A stretch of 64,000 nucleotides of DNA from Alphaproteobacteria bacterium UBA3864 (lineage in GTDB: Bacteria; Pseudomonadota; Alphaproteobacteria; CAAGCB01; CAG-977): positions 16,461 to 80,460 of the forward strand of contig DGGW01000004.1 in the NCBI GenBank assembly GCA_002393065.1, in the 5' to 3' direction. A model generated the notes under the pieces. The model was not told the DNA's origin. It was given only the letters and a program-made list of their open reading frames with translations, and searched no databases. Below, piece by piece: positions 8,963 to 16,965 of the stretch (the first letter of the stretch is position 1; each line of letters opens with the position of its first letter). Position numbers and translations under genes: made by a program.

Positions 8963-10021
8963 ATGACATTGACGAAGAAAGTGCTGACATCTGTTGCCGC
9001 AGTAAGCGTGTTTTTTACGATGGGGTGCGCCTCAATCTGCAAAAAAGATCCGACAAAGCCCGTTTCTATGGTTAAAGAATGGGATAAAGTGTTTCCGAAA
9101 AGCGATAAGGTTGAACATAAAAAAGTGACCTTTAAAAATCGCTACGGTTTATCTTTGGTTGCCGATTTGTATTTGCCGAAAGACTTGAACGGCAAAGCGG
9201 CGGCGATCGCGGTCAGCGGTCCGTTCGGCGCGGTTAAAGAACAGTCTTCCGGTCTATATGCGCAAACGATGGCGGAACGCGGTTTTGTCACTTTGGCTTT
9301 TGATCCGTCCTATACGGGCGAAAGCGGCGGACAGCCCCGCAACATAGCGTCTCCCGACATCAATACCGAAGATTTTTCCGCCGCCGTCGATTATTTAAGC
9401 GTTCAGCCGTTTGTCGACGCGGATAAAATCGGAATCATCGGCATTTGCGGCTGGGGTGGTTTTGCTTTGAACGCCGCAGCGGCAGACACACGCATTAAAG
9501 CGACCGTCACGTCGACGATGTATGATATGACGCGGGTTTCCGCCAGAGGATACAACGATTCAATGTCTGCGGACGATTTGTATAAGATGCGGCAGAATTT
9601 GAACAATCAACGCACACGGGATTATAAAAACGAAACTTTCGCCGAAGCCGCCGGATTGCCGGACAAGCTGACGGGAAGTGAACCGCAGTTTGTAAAAGAC
9701 TATTTCGGGTATTATAAAACGCCGTTAGGGTTTCATTCCCGTTCCATCAATTCCAACGGTCATTGGAAGACGACTTCCTCTTTATCTTTAATTACACAGC
9801 CGATTTTGTCTTACGCAAACACGATTAAAAGCCCCGTTTTGATGATTCACGGAGAAAAAGCGCATAGCCGTTATTTCAGCGAAGGGGCTTTTAAAAAACT
9901 TACCGGAAAAAACAAGGAATTGATGATTATTCCGAACGCGAACCACACGGATTTATACTATAAAACCGATGTCATTCCGTTTGATAAAATGGAGCGGTTC
10001 TTCAAGACAAATCTGAAATAA
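8963..10021 (+). CDS. alpha/beta-hydrolase-fold lipoprotein (dienelactone-hydrolase/BAAT-like, Cys nucleophile)
   Basis: 352 aa. Strong RBS AAGGAG. Lipobox FFTMGCAS, nucleophile elbow GICGWGG and a C-terminal His (NHTD). Confidence 0.75.
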   Translation: MTLTKKVLTSVAAVSVFFTMGCASICKKDPTKPVSMVKEWDKVFPKSDKVEHKKVTFKNRYGLSLVADLYLPKDLNGKAAAIAVSGPFGAVKEQSSGLYAQTMAERGFVTLAFDPSYTGESGGQPRNIASPDINTEDFSAAVDYLSVQPFVDADKIGIIGICGWGGFALNAAAADTRIKATVTSTMYDMTRVSARGYNDSMSADDLYKMRQNLNNQRTRDYKNETFAEAAGLPDKLTGSEPQFVKDYFGYYKTPLGFHSRSINSNGHWKTTSSLSLITQPILSYANTIKSPVLMIHGEKAHSRYFSEGAFKKLTGKNKELMIIPNANHTDLYYKTDVIPFDKMERFFKTNLK

Positions 10022-10043
10022 AGAAAAAACGGCGGGACAAAAA

Positions 10044-10382
10044 ATGAACATTCTTGTCGGAAGCATAATGTTGGCAGTCGCGCTTGAAAACAATCCGACG
10101 GCGGCGGCGATTTCGGAAAAATTGCCGCTGACCGTTGATATGGCGGAGCTGAACGGCAACGAAAAATACGTTTATCTGCCTTTTTCCCTGCCGTCAAATC
10201 CGGAGCCTGTCGGAAACATCAAAGCCGGAGATGTGATGTTGTTCGGCGATGATTGTCTGGTGATTTTCTATCAGAATTTTAAAACGTCCTACACTTATAC
10301 AAAAATAGGACGGATAGAAAATGCGGAAAATCTTTTTGAAATTCTGAAACGCGGAAAAGTATCCGTCTCTTTTACAAAATAA
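10044..10382 (+). CDS. cyclophilin-like-fold protein
   Basis: 112 aa. Pattern ...AVALENNPTAAA...LPLTVDM..L.....YLP........G...AGDVMLFGD.CLVIFY resembles the cyclophilin-like family that is commonly paired with flavodoxin-like genes. Confidence 0.6.
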   Translation: MNILVGSIMLAVALENNPTAAAISEKLPLTVDMAELNGNEKYVYLPFSLPSNPEPVGNIKAGDVMLFGDDCLVIFYQNFKTSYTYTKIGRIENAENLFEILKRGKVSVSFTK

Positions 10383-10393
10383 AGGAGTTTGAT

Positions 10394-10933
10394 GTGAAAA
10401 AAGTTGTTATCGTTTCTTCTTCGCCGCGTAAAAACGGCAATTCTGAAATACTGGCGTTTGAAGCCGCCAAAGGCGCAAAAGACGCTGGAAATGAAGTCGA
10501 AATTTTGCTTTTGCGCGACAAAACAATCAATTTCTGCCGCGGCTGTCTGGCTTGTCAAAAGATGCTGAAATGCGTCATTAAAGACGATATGGCGGAAATG
10601 ATTGAAAAAGTCAGAAACGCTGATACCGTTATTTTCGCAACGCCGATCTATTATTATGAAATGAGCGGACAGCTGAAAACTTTTCTCGACCGGTGCAATC
10701 CGATCTATCCGCAGGTATACGCTTTTCGTGATGTTTATCTGTTAAGTTCCTCTGCGGAGGAAGGGCAAAATGCCGCCGAACGCGCCGTTTCCGGTTTAAA
10801 AGGCTGGATCGAATGCTTTGAAAAGGCAAAGTTCGCCGGAGCCTTTAACGCGGGCGGCGTTACCGCGCCGAACGATGTTCTGAAAAACGCGGAAATGCTG
10901 AAAGCCGCTTATGATATGGGCAGGAATATTTAA
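10394..10933 (+). CDS. flavodoxin-like NADPH-dependent FMN reductase / iron-sulfur flavoprotein family protein
   Basis: 179 aa. GTG start 7 nt after AAAGGAG. N-terminus MKKVVIVSSSPRKNGNSEIL; motifs CRGCLAC and IFATPIYYYEMSGQLKTFLDR. Confidence 0.8.
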   Translation: MKKVVIVSSSPRKNGNSEILAFEAAKGAKDAGNEVEILLLRDKTINFCRGCLACQKMLKCVIKDDMAEMIEKVRNADTVIFATPIYYYEMSGQLKTFLDRCNPIYPQVYAFRDVYLLSSSAEEGQNAAERAVSGLKGWIECFEKAKFAGAFNAGGVTAPNDVLKNAEMLKAAYDMGRNI

Positions 10934-11808
10934 ACGCGAACGGCTTGTTCGACACATTCCAATAACAAAGCGGCAACGGGTGTAAAAGCCTGATACTTCC
11001 GCCAAACAAAATAGAACGGACATTCCAACGGCGGGTTCAGCGGGATAAAGCTGAACTCGCTGTCTTTTCCGCAATACAGCAATTTGTCAAACGTCAGCAT
11101 CACCGCCATATTTTCCCGAACAAACGCCGTTCCGTTATACGGCAGGGTGTTAAAGCCGATAAAATCCAATTCATCCCTTTTTTCGCCGCACCAACGCGGT
11201 AAATCTTTATGAAAGCACTGTTCGGAACAAATCAGGGAATACTTCTTCAAATCGTTAAAAGAAACACTTTCCAGACGGCTCAACGGGTGATTTTTCAGAA
11301 CGACCGCCCCGAAGGAATCATTTTCGGGAACACGGACGACATTGTATTTCGATAGATTGGGATTTTCTACGAATACAGCCAAATCCAAAAAACCCTTGTC
11401 CAGTTTTTCCGCAACGTGTTCCGTATCGCCGCTGAACATATGAAAATGAATGTTCGGACAGGTTTCCCGCACTTTTTTCAATGCCTTGACCAGATAACGG
11501 ATTTGATACGATTCCGCACACCCCAAATACACGTCGCCGCCGGTCATATCGCTCAGCGTTTTAAATTCGCCGATGGTTTTATCCGTCATACCGACAATGT
11601 CCTCCGCGCGTTTTTTCAGGAGAAGTCCTTCTTCGGTCAACACCATTTTAGTGCTTTTACGCAGGAAAAGCTTCTTACCCAATTCCTCTTCCAATTCTTT
11701 CAACGCTTTTGACAAAGTCGGTTGAGTGACGTGAAGAATTTCCGACGCTTTTGTCATATTTTCCATACGGGCGATCGTCAAAAAATAACGTAACGATTTG
11801 ATTTCCAT
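10930..11808 (-). CDS. LysR-family transcriptional regulator
   Basis: 292 aa. N-terminal HTH MEIKSLRYFLTIARMENMTKASEILHVTQPTLSKALKELEEELG. Convergent 4-nt overlap with the flavodoxin-like gene. Confidence 0.85.
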   Translation of the reverse strand: MEIKSLRYFLTIARMENMTKASEILHVTQPTLSKALKELEEELGKKLFLRKSTKMVLTEEGLLLKKRAEDIVGMTDKTIGEFKTLSDMTGGDVYLGCAESYQIRYLVKALKKVRETCPNIHFHMFSGDTEHVAEKLDKGFLDLAVFVENPNLSKYNVVRVPENDSFGAVVLKNHPLSRLESVSFNDLKKYSLICSEQCFHKDLPRWCGEKRDELDFIGFNTLPYNGTAFVRENMAVMLTFDKLLYCGKDSEFSFIPLNPPLECPFYFVWRKYQAFTPVAALLLECVEQAVRV

Positions 11809-11849
11809 TTGTCCTCTCTGGTTGATACGGAATATCCGGTCAATGCTTT

Positions 11850-12110
11850 TTGTTTCTGCCCATAAGATTACGGTATTTTTCTTTTATAAGAAACAGTTTA
11901 TTGAACGGGATAAGAAACGTTCCGTTGCGGCGGGAATACAACGCTTTCATCGAACGGACGAACAAGAATTATTCTTTCTTCAAAAGCTTTCTTGAATCGC
12001 GTCCGGAATGGAAAAAGGAGCTTTTGCGACAACGTGAAGAATTGATCCGATCGCAGGAAAACCGTTCCAGAGATTACGGACGGGAACAATCAATAGGACG
12101 GGAAAGGTAA
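11850..12110 (+). CDS. small conserved hypothetical protein (island-end paralog family)
   Basis: 86 aa. The C-terminal ~55 aa are paralogous to 8665-8818; synonymous differences outnumber non-synonymous ones in this frame (8 vs 5), so the plus frame is the coding one. The true start is uncertain (TTG possible). Confidence 0.45.
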   Translation: MFLPIRLRYFSFIRNSLLNGIRNVPLRREYNAFIERTNKNYSFFKSFLESRPEWKKELLRQREELIRSQENRSRDYGREQSIGRER

Positions 12111-12192
12111 ATACGAACGCTTACGTTTGAAGCACGACGTAATAAACAACAGTTTATTGCCAAAATGAAAAGAATCGTATAAAAAGTAAAAG

Positions 12193-12224
12193 TCCGGTGG
12201 GTGCAACCGCCGGACTTTTGAAAC
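12193..12224 (+). terminator. rho-independent terminator hairpin GTCCGGTGG-GTGCAA-CCGCCGGAC followed by TTTTG
   Basis: A 9-bp stem with one G.U-type mismatch and a T-run, about 80 nt after the small ORF stop. Confidence 0.45.
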
Positions 12225-12447
12225 CCCACAAGGAATCAATATACCTAATTCCTCTGCTCGGTTTCAGGATATGAAAATGTAAGGCTTTTGTCAAGCATTT
12301 TCAGTTGGTTCCTTCTCAACGCGGTAATGTTTCCGCAAAATGGAGGAATAATACGTTTTTATGAGATCAAAGTCCGCCTTTATTGGCTGGCTTTGCGCAT
12401 TATCGAGATTCTGTCTGTCTTAATCAGATAGGCGGAAGATCGGAGAA

Positions 12448-12478
12448 CGGCAGGGATTTTCCCTGCCGTTTCTTTTCA
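12448..12478 (+). terminator. rho-independent terminator ACGGCAGGG-ATTTT-CCCTGCCGT followed by TTCTTTTC
   Basis: Perfect 9-bp stem with a T-rich tail, directly after the 20-codon micro-ORF. Confidence 0.5.
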
Positions 12479-12654
12479 CGGGATTTCGTTTTTAACAAGC
12501 GGACAAAACAAATAAAAACCCCGCCTTTCGATTTCAGAAATCGGTTGCAAAAACAGAGGCGTTTTACAATAATGGATTCGGAAACGGGTTGCAAAGAGGT
12601 TGCAACGGTGATTTTTCAAAGGAAAGGCTTTTTCTGCGGCGAATGTTTCGGGCA

Positions 12655-12745
12655 ATAAAAAAGCTCTGATTTCTCAAGGCTTTTCGATTGGTGCGGATAG
12701 CGGGACTCGAACCCGCACGAGGACAAGCCTCAACAGATTTTAAGT
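12655..12745. repeat. right copy of the roughly 90-bp direct repeat (terminator plus tRNA-Leu 3' half)
   Basis: See 8361-8450; three short mismatch clusters separate the two copies. Confidence 0.8.
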
Positions 12746-12775
12746 CTGTTGTGTCTACCATTCCACCATATCCGC
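12689..12775 (-). tRNA. tRNA-Leu (anticodon UAA), type II with long variable arm
   Basis: Reverse complement GCGGATATGGTGGAATGGTAGACACAACAGACTTAAAATCTGTTGAGGCTTGTCCTCGTGCGGGTTCGAGTCCCGCTATCCGCACCA folds as a cloverleaf. Anticodon loop CTTAAAA; CCA is encoded. Confidence 0.9.
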
Positions 12776-12801
12776 GTCTTTTTCGTTTTTAACACAAGGC
12801 G

Positions 12802-13218
12802 ATGATAATGAAAAGATTGTTTTTGTTTTTTTTCCTGTTGCTTGTCAACGCTTGTTCGTCGGAAGCCGTCTTCGCTCCGCCGTCCGGTTCCATGACGAGC
12901 GTTTTGTTCATGCCGAACAACGCTATTGTCGGTCAGGACGGACAAAAAGGGCTTTGCGAGTACGGGAAGAACGTTTCCGAAAGCGAAGCCGTTTATGTAT
13001 ACGGAAGCGTGTCCCGCCACGGCTCCGCGCGCGAACAAATGATGCTGGCGACCAAACGAATCCTCGAAATCATCAAAATCCTGCGTCGATGCGGGCTTGC
13101 CGAAGATCAGATTATCGCCGACGCCGATCCGAATCCGAAAAGAGTGGGCTTGCAAACGCCCCTTTTCTATGACGATGAAAAAGACGACCGCGTCTTCCTG
13201 CAAAAAATCATTCGCTGA
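12802..13218 (+). CDS. hypothetical lipoprotein
   Basis: 138 aa with signal peptide plus lipobox (LLLVNACSS). The overlapping minus-strand ORF 12730-13305 is Arg/Trp-rich junk. Confidence 0.5.
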   Translation: MIMKRLFLFFFLLLVNACSSEAVFAPPSGSMTSVLFMPNNAIVGQDGQKGLCEYGKNVSESEAVYVYGSVSRHGSAREQMMLATKRILEIIKILRRCGLAEDQIIADADPNPKRVGLQTPLFYDDEKDDRVFLQKIIR

Positions 13219-13927
13219 CTTCCGGCGGGACCAAATCCCGACACGCCGTTTCGATCCGTTTTTCCAGCTCCGCCAAAAATGCACGGCGCTCCATCCCCGG
13301 CGCAATCGGTTCCAGAAAGCGGATGATGACGGTTCCCTTTTTCTTGATAAAAGAGTTCTTGCCCCAAAAATATCCGGAATTCAACGCGACGGGAACGATT
13401 GGAACGTTGCATTTTTCATACAGAAACGCAACGCCGGGATTGTACTTCGTCGGAGCGAGAGGCTTCATGCGCGTGCCTTCGGGAAAGATGACGACGGGAC
13501 GTTCGTTCGCCAGATTTTCCTTTGTTCCCGCCAACATCTTGCGCATCGCCTTCCCGCCGGACGAACGGTCGATCGGAACGCTGTTCATCATCGCCAACGC
13601 CCAGCCGAACAAAGGCAGGTACATCAGCTCTTTTTTCAAAATATAGGCCGGGACCGGCAAAATATAGTGAAAGGCTATCGTTTCCAACGCCGATTCATGT
13701 TTCGACGCAACGATGTATTTTTTATCCTTCGGCAGGTTTTCAAGCCCTTCCACCCGCAATTCCAATCCGACAAGGTGTTTCATCATCCAAACCGTCGGAA
13801 CGCTGAACACGCGCGAAAGAACGAACTTGCGTTTTTTCGTCCAAAACAAAGCAAGCCCCAGCAAGCAGGCGACAACAGTATCGGCAACATAAAAAATATC
13901 AAACAAAATACTGCGAATCAGCGTCAT
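13208..13927 (-). CDS. 1-acyl-sn-glycerol-3-phosphate acyltransferase family protein (lysophospholipid acyltransferase)
   Basis: HxxxxE box ASKHESALETIAF and FPEGTR motif. ATG at 13927 overlaps the upstream stop in ATGA; the six-frame ORF extends to 14053. Confidence 0.8.
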   Translation of the reverse strand: MTLIRSILFDIFYVADTVVACLLGLALFWTKKRKFVLSRVFSVPTVWMMKHLVGLELRVEGLENLPKDKKYIVASKHESALETIAFHYILPVPAYILKKELMYLPLFGWALAMMNSVPIDRSSGGKAMRKMLAGTKENLANERPVVIFPEGTRMKPLAPTKYNPGVAFLYEKCNVPIVPVALNSGYFWGKNSFIKKKGTVIIRFLEPIAPGMERRAFLAELEKRIETACRDLVPPEVSE

Positions 13928-14550
13928 TCGAAACATCCTTCCCCAATATCGAAACGAACCGTCCTGAACGGCAAAACGTGCCGGACCGAAACGATCAAGA
14001 ATTTGGTGTATTCGGAAATCAACAAAGCCGCGGATCCGCGCCATTTCCACCATTCCGTATTTTTAAAGGACGTCGTAAAAACGGGATAAACGCGGATATC
14101 GGCGTCCGGCATGGCAGCTTTAAATTCCGACAAACTGCGCGGCATATGATACGCCGCCGTGACGAGCCTGACCGATTTGAAACCGTTTTTTTCCATCCAG
14201 GCTTTGCTTTCCAGTGCGTTTTCCTCCGTATTGCAGGCGGAATGTCCCAACGTGATGCGTTCGGACAATTCGTCGGGCAGATTTTCAACGGTTTTTGTCA
14301 GCAAGGACCAATCGACGTTTTTATTGACGCCGGAAATCAGCAATTTCTGCGCTTTGCCGTTTTTAAGCAGTCCGACCGCGGTGGCCAGTCTGTCCGTTCC
14401 GCCCGTCAAAGCGACGAGAGCTTCCGTCGAAACATCAAGATCTTTCGGCAAGGTATTGATTTTTGAAGAAAACAGAAACAATCCGACCAGCCATAAAACC
14501 AACGCGGGCACAAAAAGATACAAAACGAAAAAAGCGGCTTTGCGTTTCAT
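13924..14550 (-). CDS. DUF218/YdcF (ElyC-like) family membrane-anchored protein
   Basis: ATG at 14550 preceded by AAGGAGG. One N-terminal TM helix then a DUF218-like fold (LISGVNKN..., TAAYHMPRS). ATGA overlap with the ftsX stop. Confidence 0.7.
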   Translation of the reverse strand: MKRKAAFFVLYLFVPALVLWLVGLFLFSSKINTLPKDLDVSTEALVALTGGTDRLATAVGLLKNGKAQKLLISGVNKNVDWSLLTKTVENLPDELSERITLGHSACNTEENALESKAWMEKNGFKSVRLVTAAYHMPRSLSEFKAAMPDADIRVYPVFTTSFKNTEWWKWRGSAALLISEYTKFLIVSVRHVLPFRTVRFDIGEGCFE

Positions 14551-15443
14551 AAAAGCCTCCTTAACATACCGCGCACCGTCCAAAAAGCGGTTAAAGAGGC
14601 TAAAACCGTCGCCAGAAGAGGAATCATGCAAAGCAGCATTTTCGCCGCCAAATCAAAGCGGGCTTCCGCCAGCAGACCGCCCTGGATACCGGCAACGGCG
14701 GAAGAAAGCGTCATCAGAATCGGCAAAACGAACAAAAAACCGGGCAACGCCCCGCAAAACGCCAGAAAGCCCATTCGCCGCGCATATTGCACCGCGATAT
14801 AGGAATCGTGAGCGCCCGTCAGATGCAGCAGCTCTATCACGGGTTTATGGACCGACAACGAAGAAATCGTAACGTAAATGACGATGATCGACGTTGACGT
14901 GATGACCAGCGTCAGCAACAACGACGCCAATCCGTCCAGCCGGCGCGTCAGGGCGATCAGTTTGCCCAGCCAGAGCTTGTGAACGTCCATGGTGGCGTTC
15001 GGCGTTCTGTTTTTCAGCAGCGTGCGCAACATGTCCAGATCCGTTTCGGCGTCGGGCATCAGTCTGACGTCGATCAGATACGGCAAAGGCAGGTCGTCCA
15101 GCACGGCGCCGCCGCCGATCCACGGTTTCAGCAATTCTTTCATTTGCCGGTCGGTCAGCAGGTTGGCCGAAGCGATGCCGGGCGTTTTGCGCAAAACGGC
15201 CAAAGCCTCCTCCGCCTCCTGCATCGTTCTTTTCCGGTCGATCCGCCCGTCCGTTTCGAACGGCAATATCTGGACGGTCAGCGTCCCCGACAACGAACGG
15301 CTCCATCGCGACAGCATACTGTTCAGCGACAATGTTCCCGCCGTCGTCAGCGTCGCGAAAAAGACCATCAGCATCACCATGAACGGCAAAAACCAGCCCA
15401 GAGCGTCTTTCGAAAAAGGCAAATCGCTTGTTTTTCTAAACAC
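14547..15443 (-). CDS. ftsX: cell-division ABC transporter permease FtsX
   Basis: Four-TM FtsX topology with a large periplasmic loop. Likely GTG start at 15443 preceded by AGGGAGG, 4 nt after the ftsE stop. The longer ORF to 15485 overlaps ftsE. Confidence 0.8.
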   Translation of the reverse strand: MFRKTSDLPFSKDALGWFLPFMVMLMVFFATLTTAGTLSLNSMLSRWSRSLSGTLTVQILPFETDGRIDRKRTMQEAEEALAVLRKTPGIASANLLTDRQMKELLKPWIGGGAVLDDLPLPYLIDVRLMPDAETDLDMLRTLLKNRTPNATMDVHKLWLGKLIALTRRLDGLASLLLTLVITSTSIIVIYVTISSLSVHKPVIELLHLTGAHDSYIAVQYARRMGFLAFCGALPGFLFVLPILMTLSSAVAGIQGGLLAEARFDLAAKMLLCMIPLLATVLASLTAFWTVRGMLRRLL

Positions 15444-16143
15444 GGAAAGCCTCCCTGATGACGGCGCCGGCGGGATAAACGCCAAGGCGACCGTTCGTTA
15501 AGTGCAGACGCGGGAAAGGAAAAGAACGGATCAGTCCTTCGTTGTGCGTGGCGATGATGACCGTCGTCCCCCGACGGTTGAGTTCGACGAACAATCGCAT
15601 CAGCCGCGCGGCGGATTTGTCGTCCATGTTTCCGGTCGGTTCGTCGGCGACCAGCAAACGCGGCCTGTTGATCACGGCGCGGGCGATGGCGACGCTTTGT
15701 TTTTGTCCGCCCGAAAGGGTCGGCGGCGTCGCGTTCAGGTGGTTTCCCAATCCGACCCAGATCAGCAATTCGTTGACTCTTTTGGCGATTTCGGATTCGG
15801 GGTATCCCGCCACTCTCAAAGGCAGAGCGACGTTGTCGGTCGCGGACAAATGGTCCAACAGTCTGAAATCCTGAAAAACAACGCCGATGCTCCGGCGGAT
15901 TTCCGGCAACCGGTCGCGAGGCAACGCCGCAACGTTGTATCCGAACAACCGGATTTGTCCGCGCGTTTGCGGCCGAGCCAGATAGAGCAGGCTCAACAAC
16001 GACGTTTTGCCGGCCCCGCTTTCGCCCGTTAAAAAGTGGAAAGACCCTTCCGGCAAAGCGAAAGCTATATCGCGCAAAACTTCGGCTCCTTGGCCGTAGC
16101 GCAAACCGACGCCGTCAAATTCCACAATATTTTGCCCCGTCAC
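15436..16143 (-). CDS. ftsE: cell-division ATP-binding protein FtsE
   Basis: 235 aa. Walker A GESGAGKTS, ABC signature LSGGQKQ, Walker B LLVADEPTG. Confidence 0.9.
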   Translation of the reverse strand: MTGQNIVEFDGVGLRYGQGAEVLRDIAFALPEGSFHFLTGESGAGKTSLLSLLYLARPQTRGQIRLFGYNVAALPRDRLPEIRRSIGVVFQDFRLLDHLSATDNVALPLRVAGYPESEIAKRVNELLIWVGLGNHLNATPPTLSGGQKQSVAIARAVINRPRLLVADEPTGNMDDKSAARLMRLFVELNRRGTTVIIATHNEGLIRSFPFPRLHLTNGRLGVYPAGAVIREAFRV

Positions 16144-16221
16144 GGTGACATCCTTTGTTGATTCAAAAACTGTTGCGATATACTATATCAGAAACTTTAA
16201 AAAAGATAAAAGGGCAGACTG

Positions 16222-16965
16222 ATGTTTTTTACATGTCCGAATTGCGGCACCGTTTACGACGTTCCGACGGACAAAGCCGTTTTGGCGCCGAAATTCGGGT
16301 GCGCCAAGTGCGGTCATGTCTGGAAACCGGCTTATTCCGATCCGCAGGAACCGTATTCCGTTCCGGACGAAACGGCCGTTTTTAAAGAAAATTCGTTCAA
16401 AAATCGGGAACAACGGACAGAATCGTCCGCGAATCCGGCGAAAAATACGGCGGAAGACCCGCTTGACGCGGCGGCGAACGATTTTGAAAACCCCGTTTTT
16501 TCGGTCGAAGATCCCGATTGCGAAAACGAAACGCCCGATTTGTCCGCGTTCAAACCGATTTTCAAACAACCGGAAGACAAGCCTTTTTATTTTAAATGGC
16601 TTCGCCCGCTTTATGTCGCCGGCGTTTTTTGTTCGATCATTGCCGTTTATACGCTGTTCTTTCATGAACCGCGTCTGCCCGATCTGACGATCGAATCTCT
16701 TTCTCCGGAGTTTGTGGAAAAAAATCAGACAGAAGAATTGCACCTGAACGCCGTTTTGAAGAACAACACGACCGATTCCCTGATCGTCGGCGGTTTTGAA
16801 GTCGCTTTTATCGACGGGGAAGGACGTCTTATCATCAGGCAAAAGGTGGACGTTTCCGATTTGAAGATCGATTCCGGCGAAACGAAATCCTATTCTTTGC
16901 GGCTGGGGCGTCGGCCCGCCAAAGCGCTTCGCATCGAAGCCAAAGTAACGAAAATCATCCGCTGA
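16222..16965 (+). CDS. MJ0042-type zinc-ribbon membrane protein (DUF3426-like)
   Basis: N-terminus MFFTCPNCGTVYDV...CAKCGHVW (CxxC...CxxC), acidic linker, one TM helix and a C-terminal beta domain. Divergent from ftsEX, as in many alphaproteobacteria. Confidence 0.65.
   Translation: MFFTCPNCGTVYDVPTDKAVLAPKFGCAKCGHVWKPAYSDPQEPYSVPDETAVFKENSFKNREQRTESSANPAKNTAEDPLDAAANDFENPVFSVEDPDCENETPDLSAFKPIFKQPEDKPFYFKWLRPLYVAGVFCSIIAVYTLFFHEPRLPDLTIESLSPEFVEKNQTEELHLNAVLKNNTTDSLIVGGFEVAFIDGEGRLIIRQKVDVSDLKIDSGETKSYSLRLGRRPAKALRIEAKVTKIIR

Larger units (their letters stand above)
8394..12775. mobile_element. decayed tRNA-Leu-associated genomic island (low-GC cargo, no integrase)
   Basis: Bounded by the partial and intact tRNA-Leu copies. 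Cargo genes have visibly lower GC and AT-rich codons. A paralogous small ORF and a GTTGCAA motif sit at both ends. Confidence 0.6.

Noticed and set aside
8451-12688. Integrase, excisionase or transposase gene within the tRNA-Leu island
   Set aside because: None of the ORFs between the repeats shows a tyrosine or serine recombinase or DDE transposase signature. The island is therefore called decayed rather than an active integrative element.
12730-13305. 191-aa minus-strand ORF overlapping the tRNA-Leu 5' end and the lipoprotein gene
   Set aside because: It would run through the tRNA. Its product is W/R-rich, and the plus-strand lipoprotein frame has a proper signal peptide and lipobox.
13097-14089. 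330-aa plus-strand ORF across plsC/ydcF
   Set aside because: Antisense to two well-supported genes; the translation is Arg-rich and low-complexity.
16183-16842. 219-aa minus-strand ORF and 123-aa plus ORF (16316-16687) over the zinc-ribbon gene
   Set aside because: Lys/Arg-rich junk. The 16222-16965 frame has the CxxC...CxxC zinc ribbon and a TM helix.
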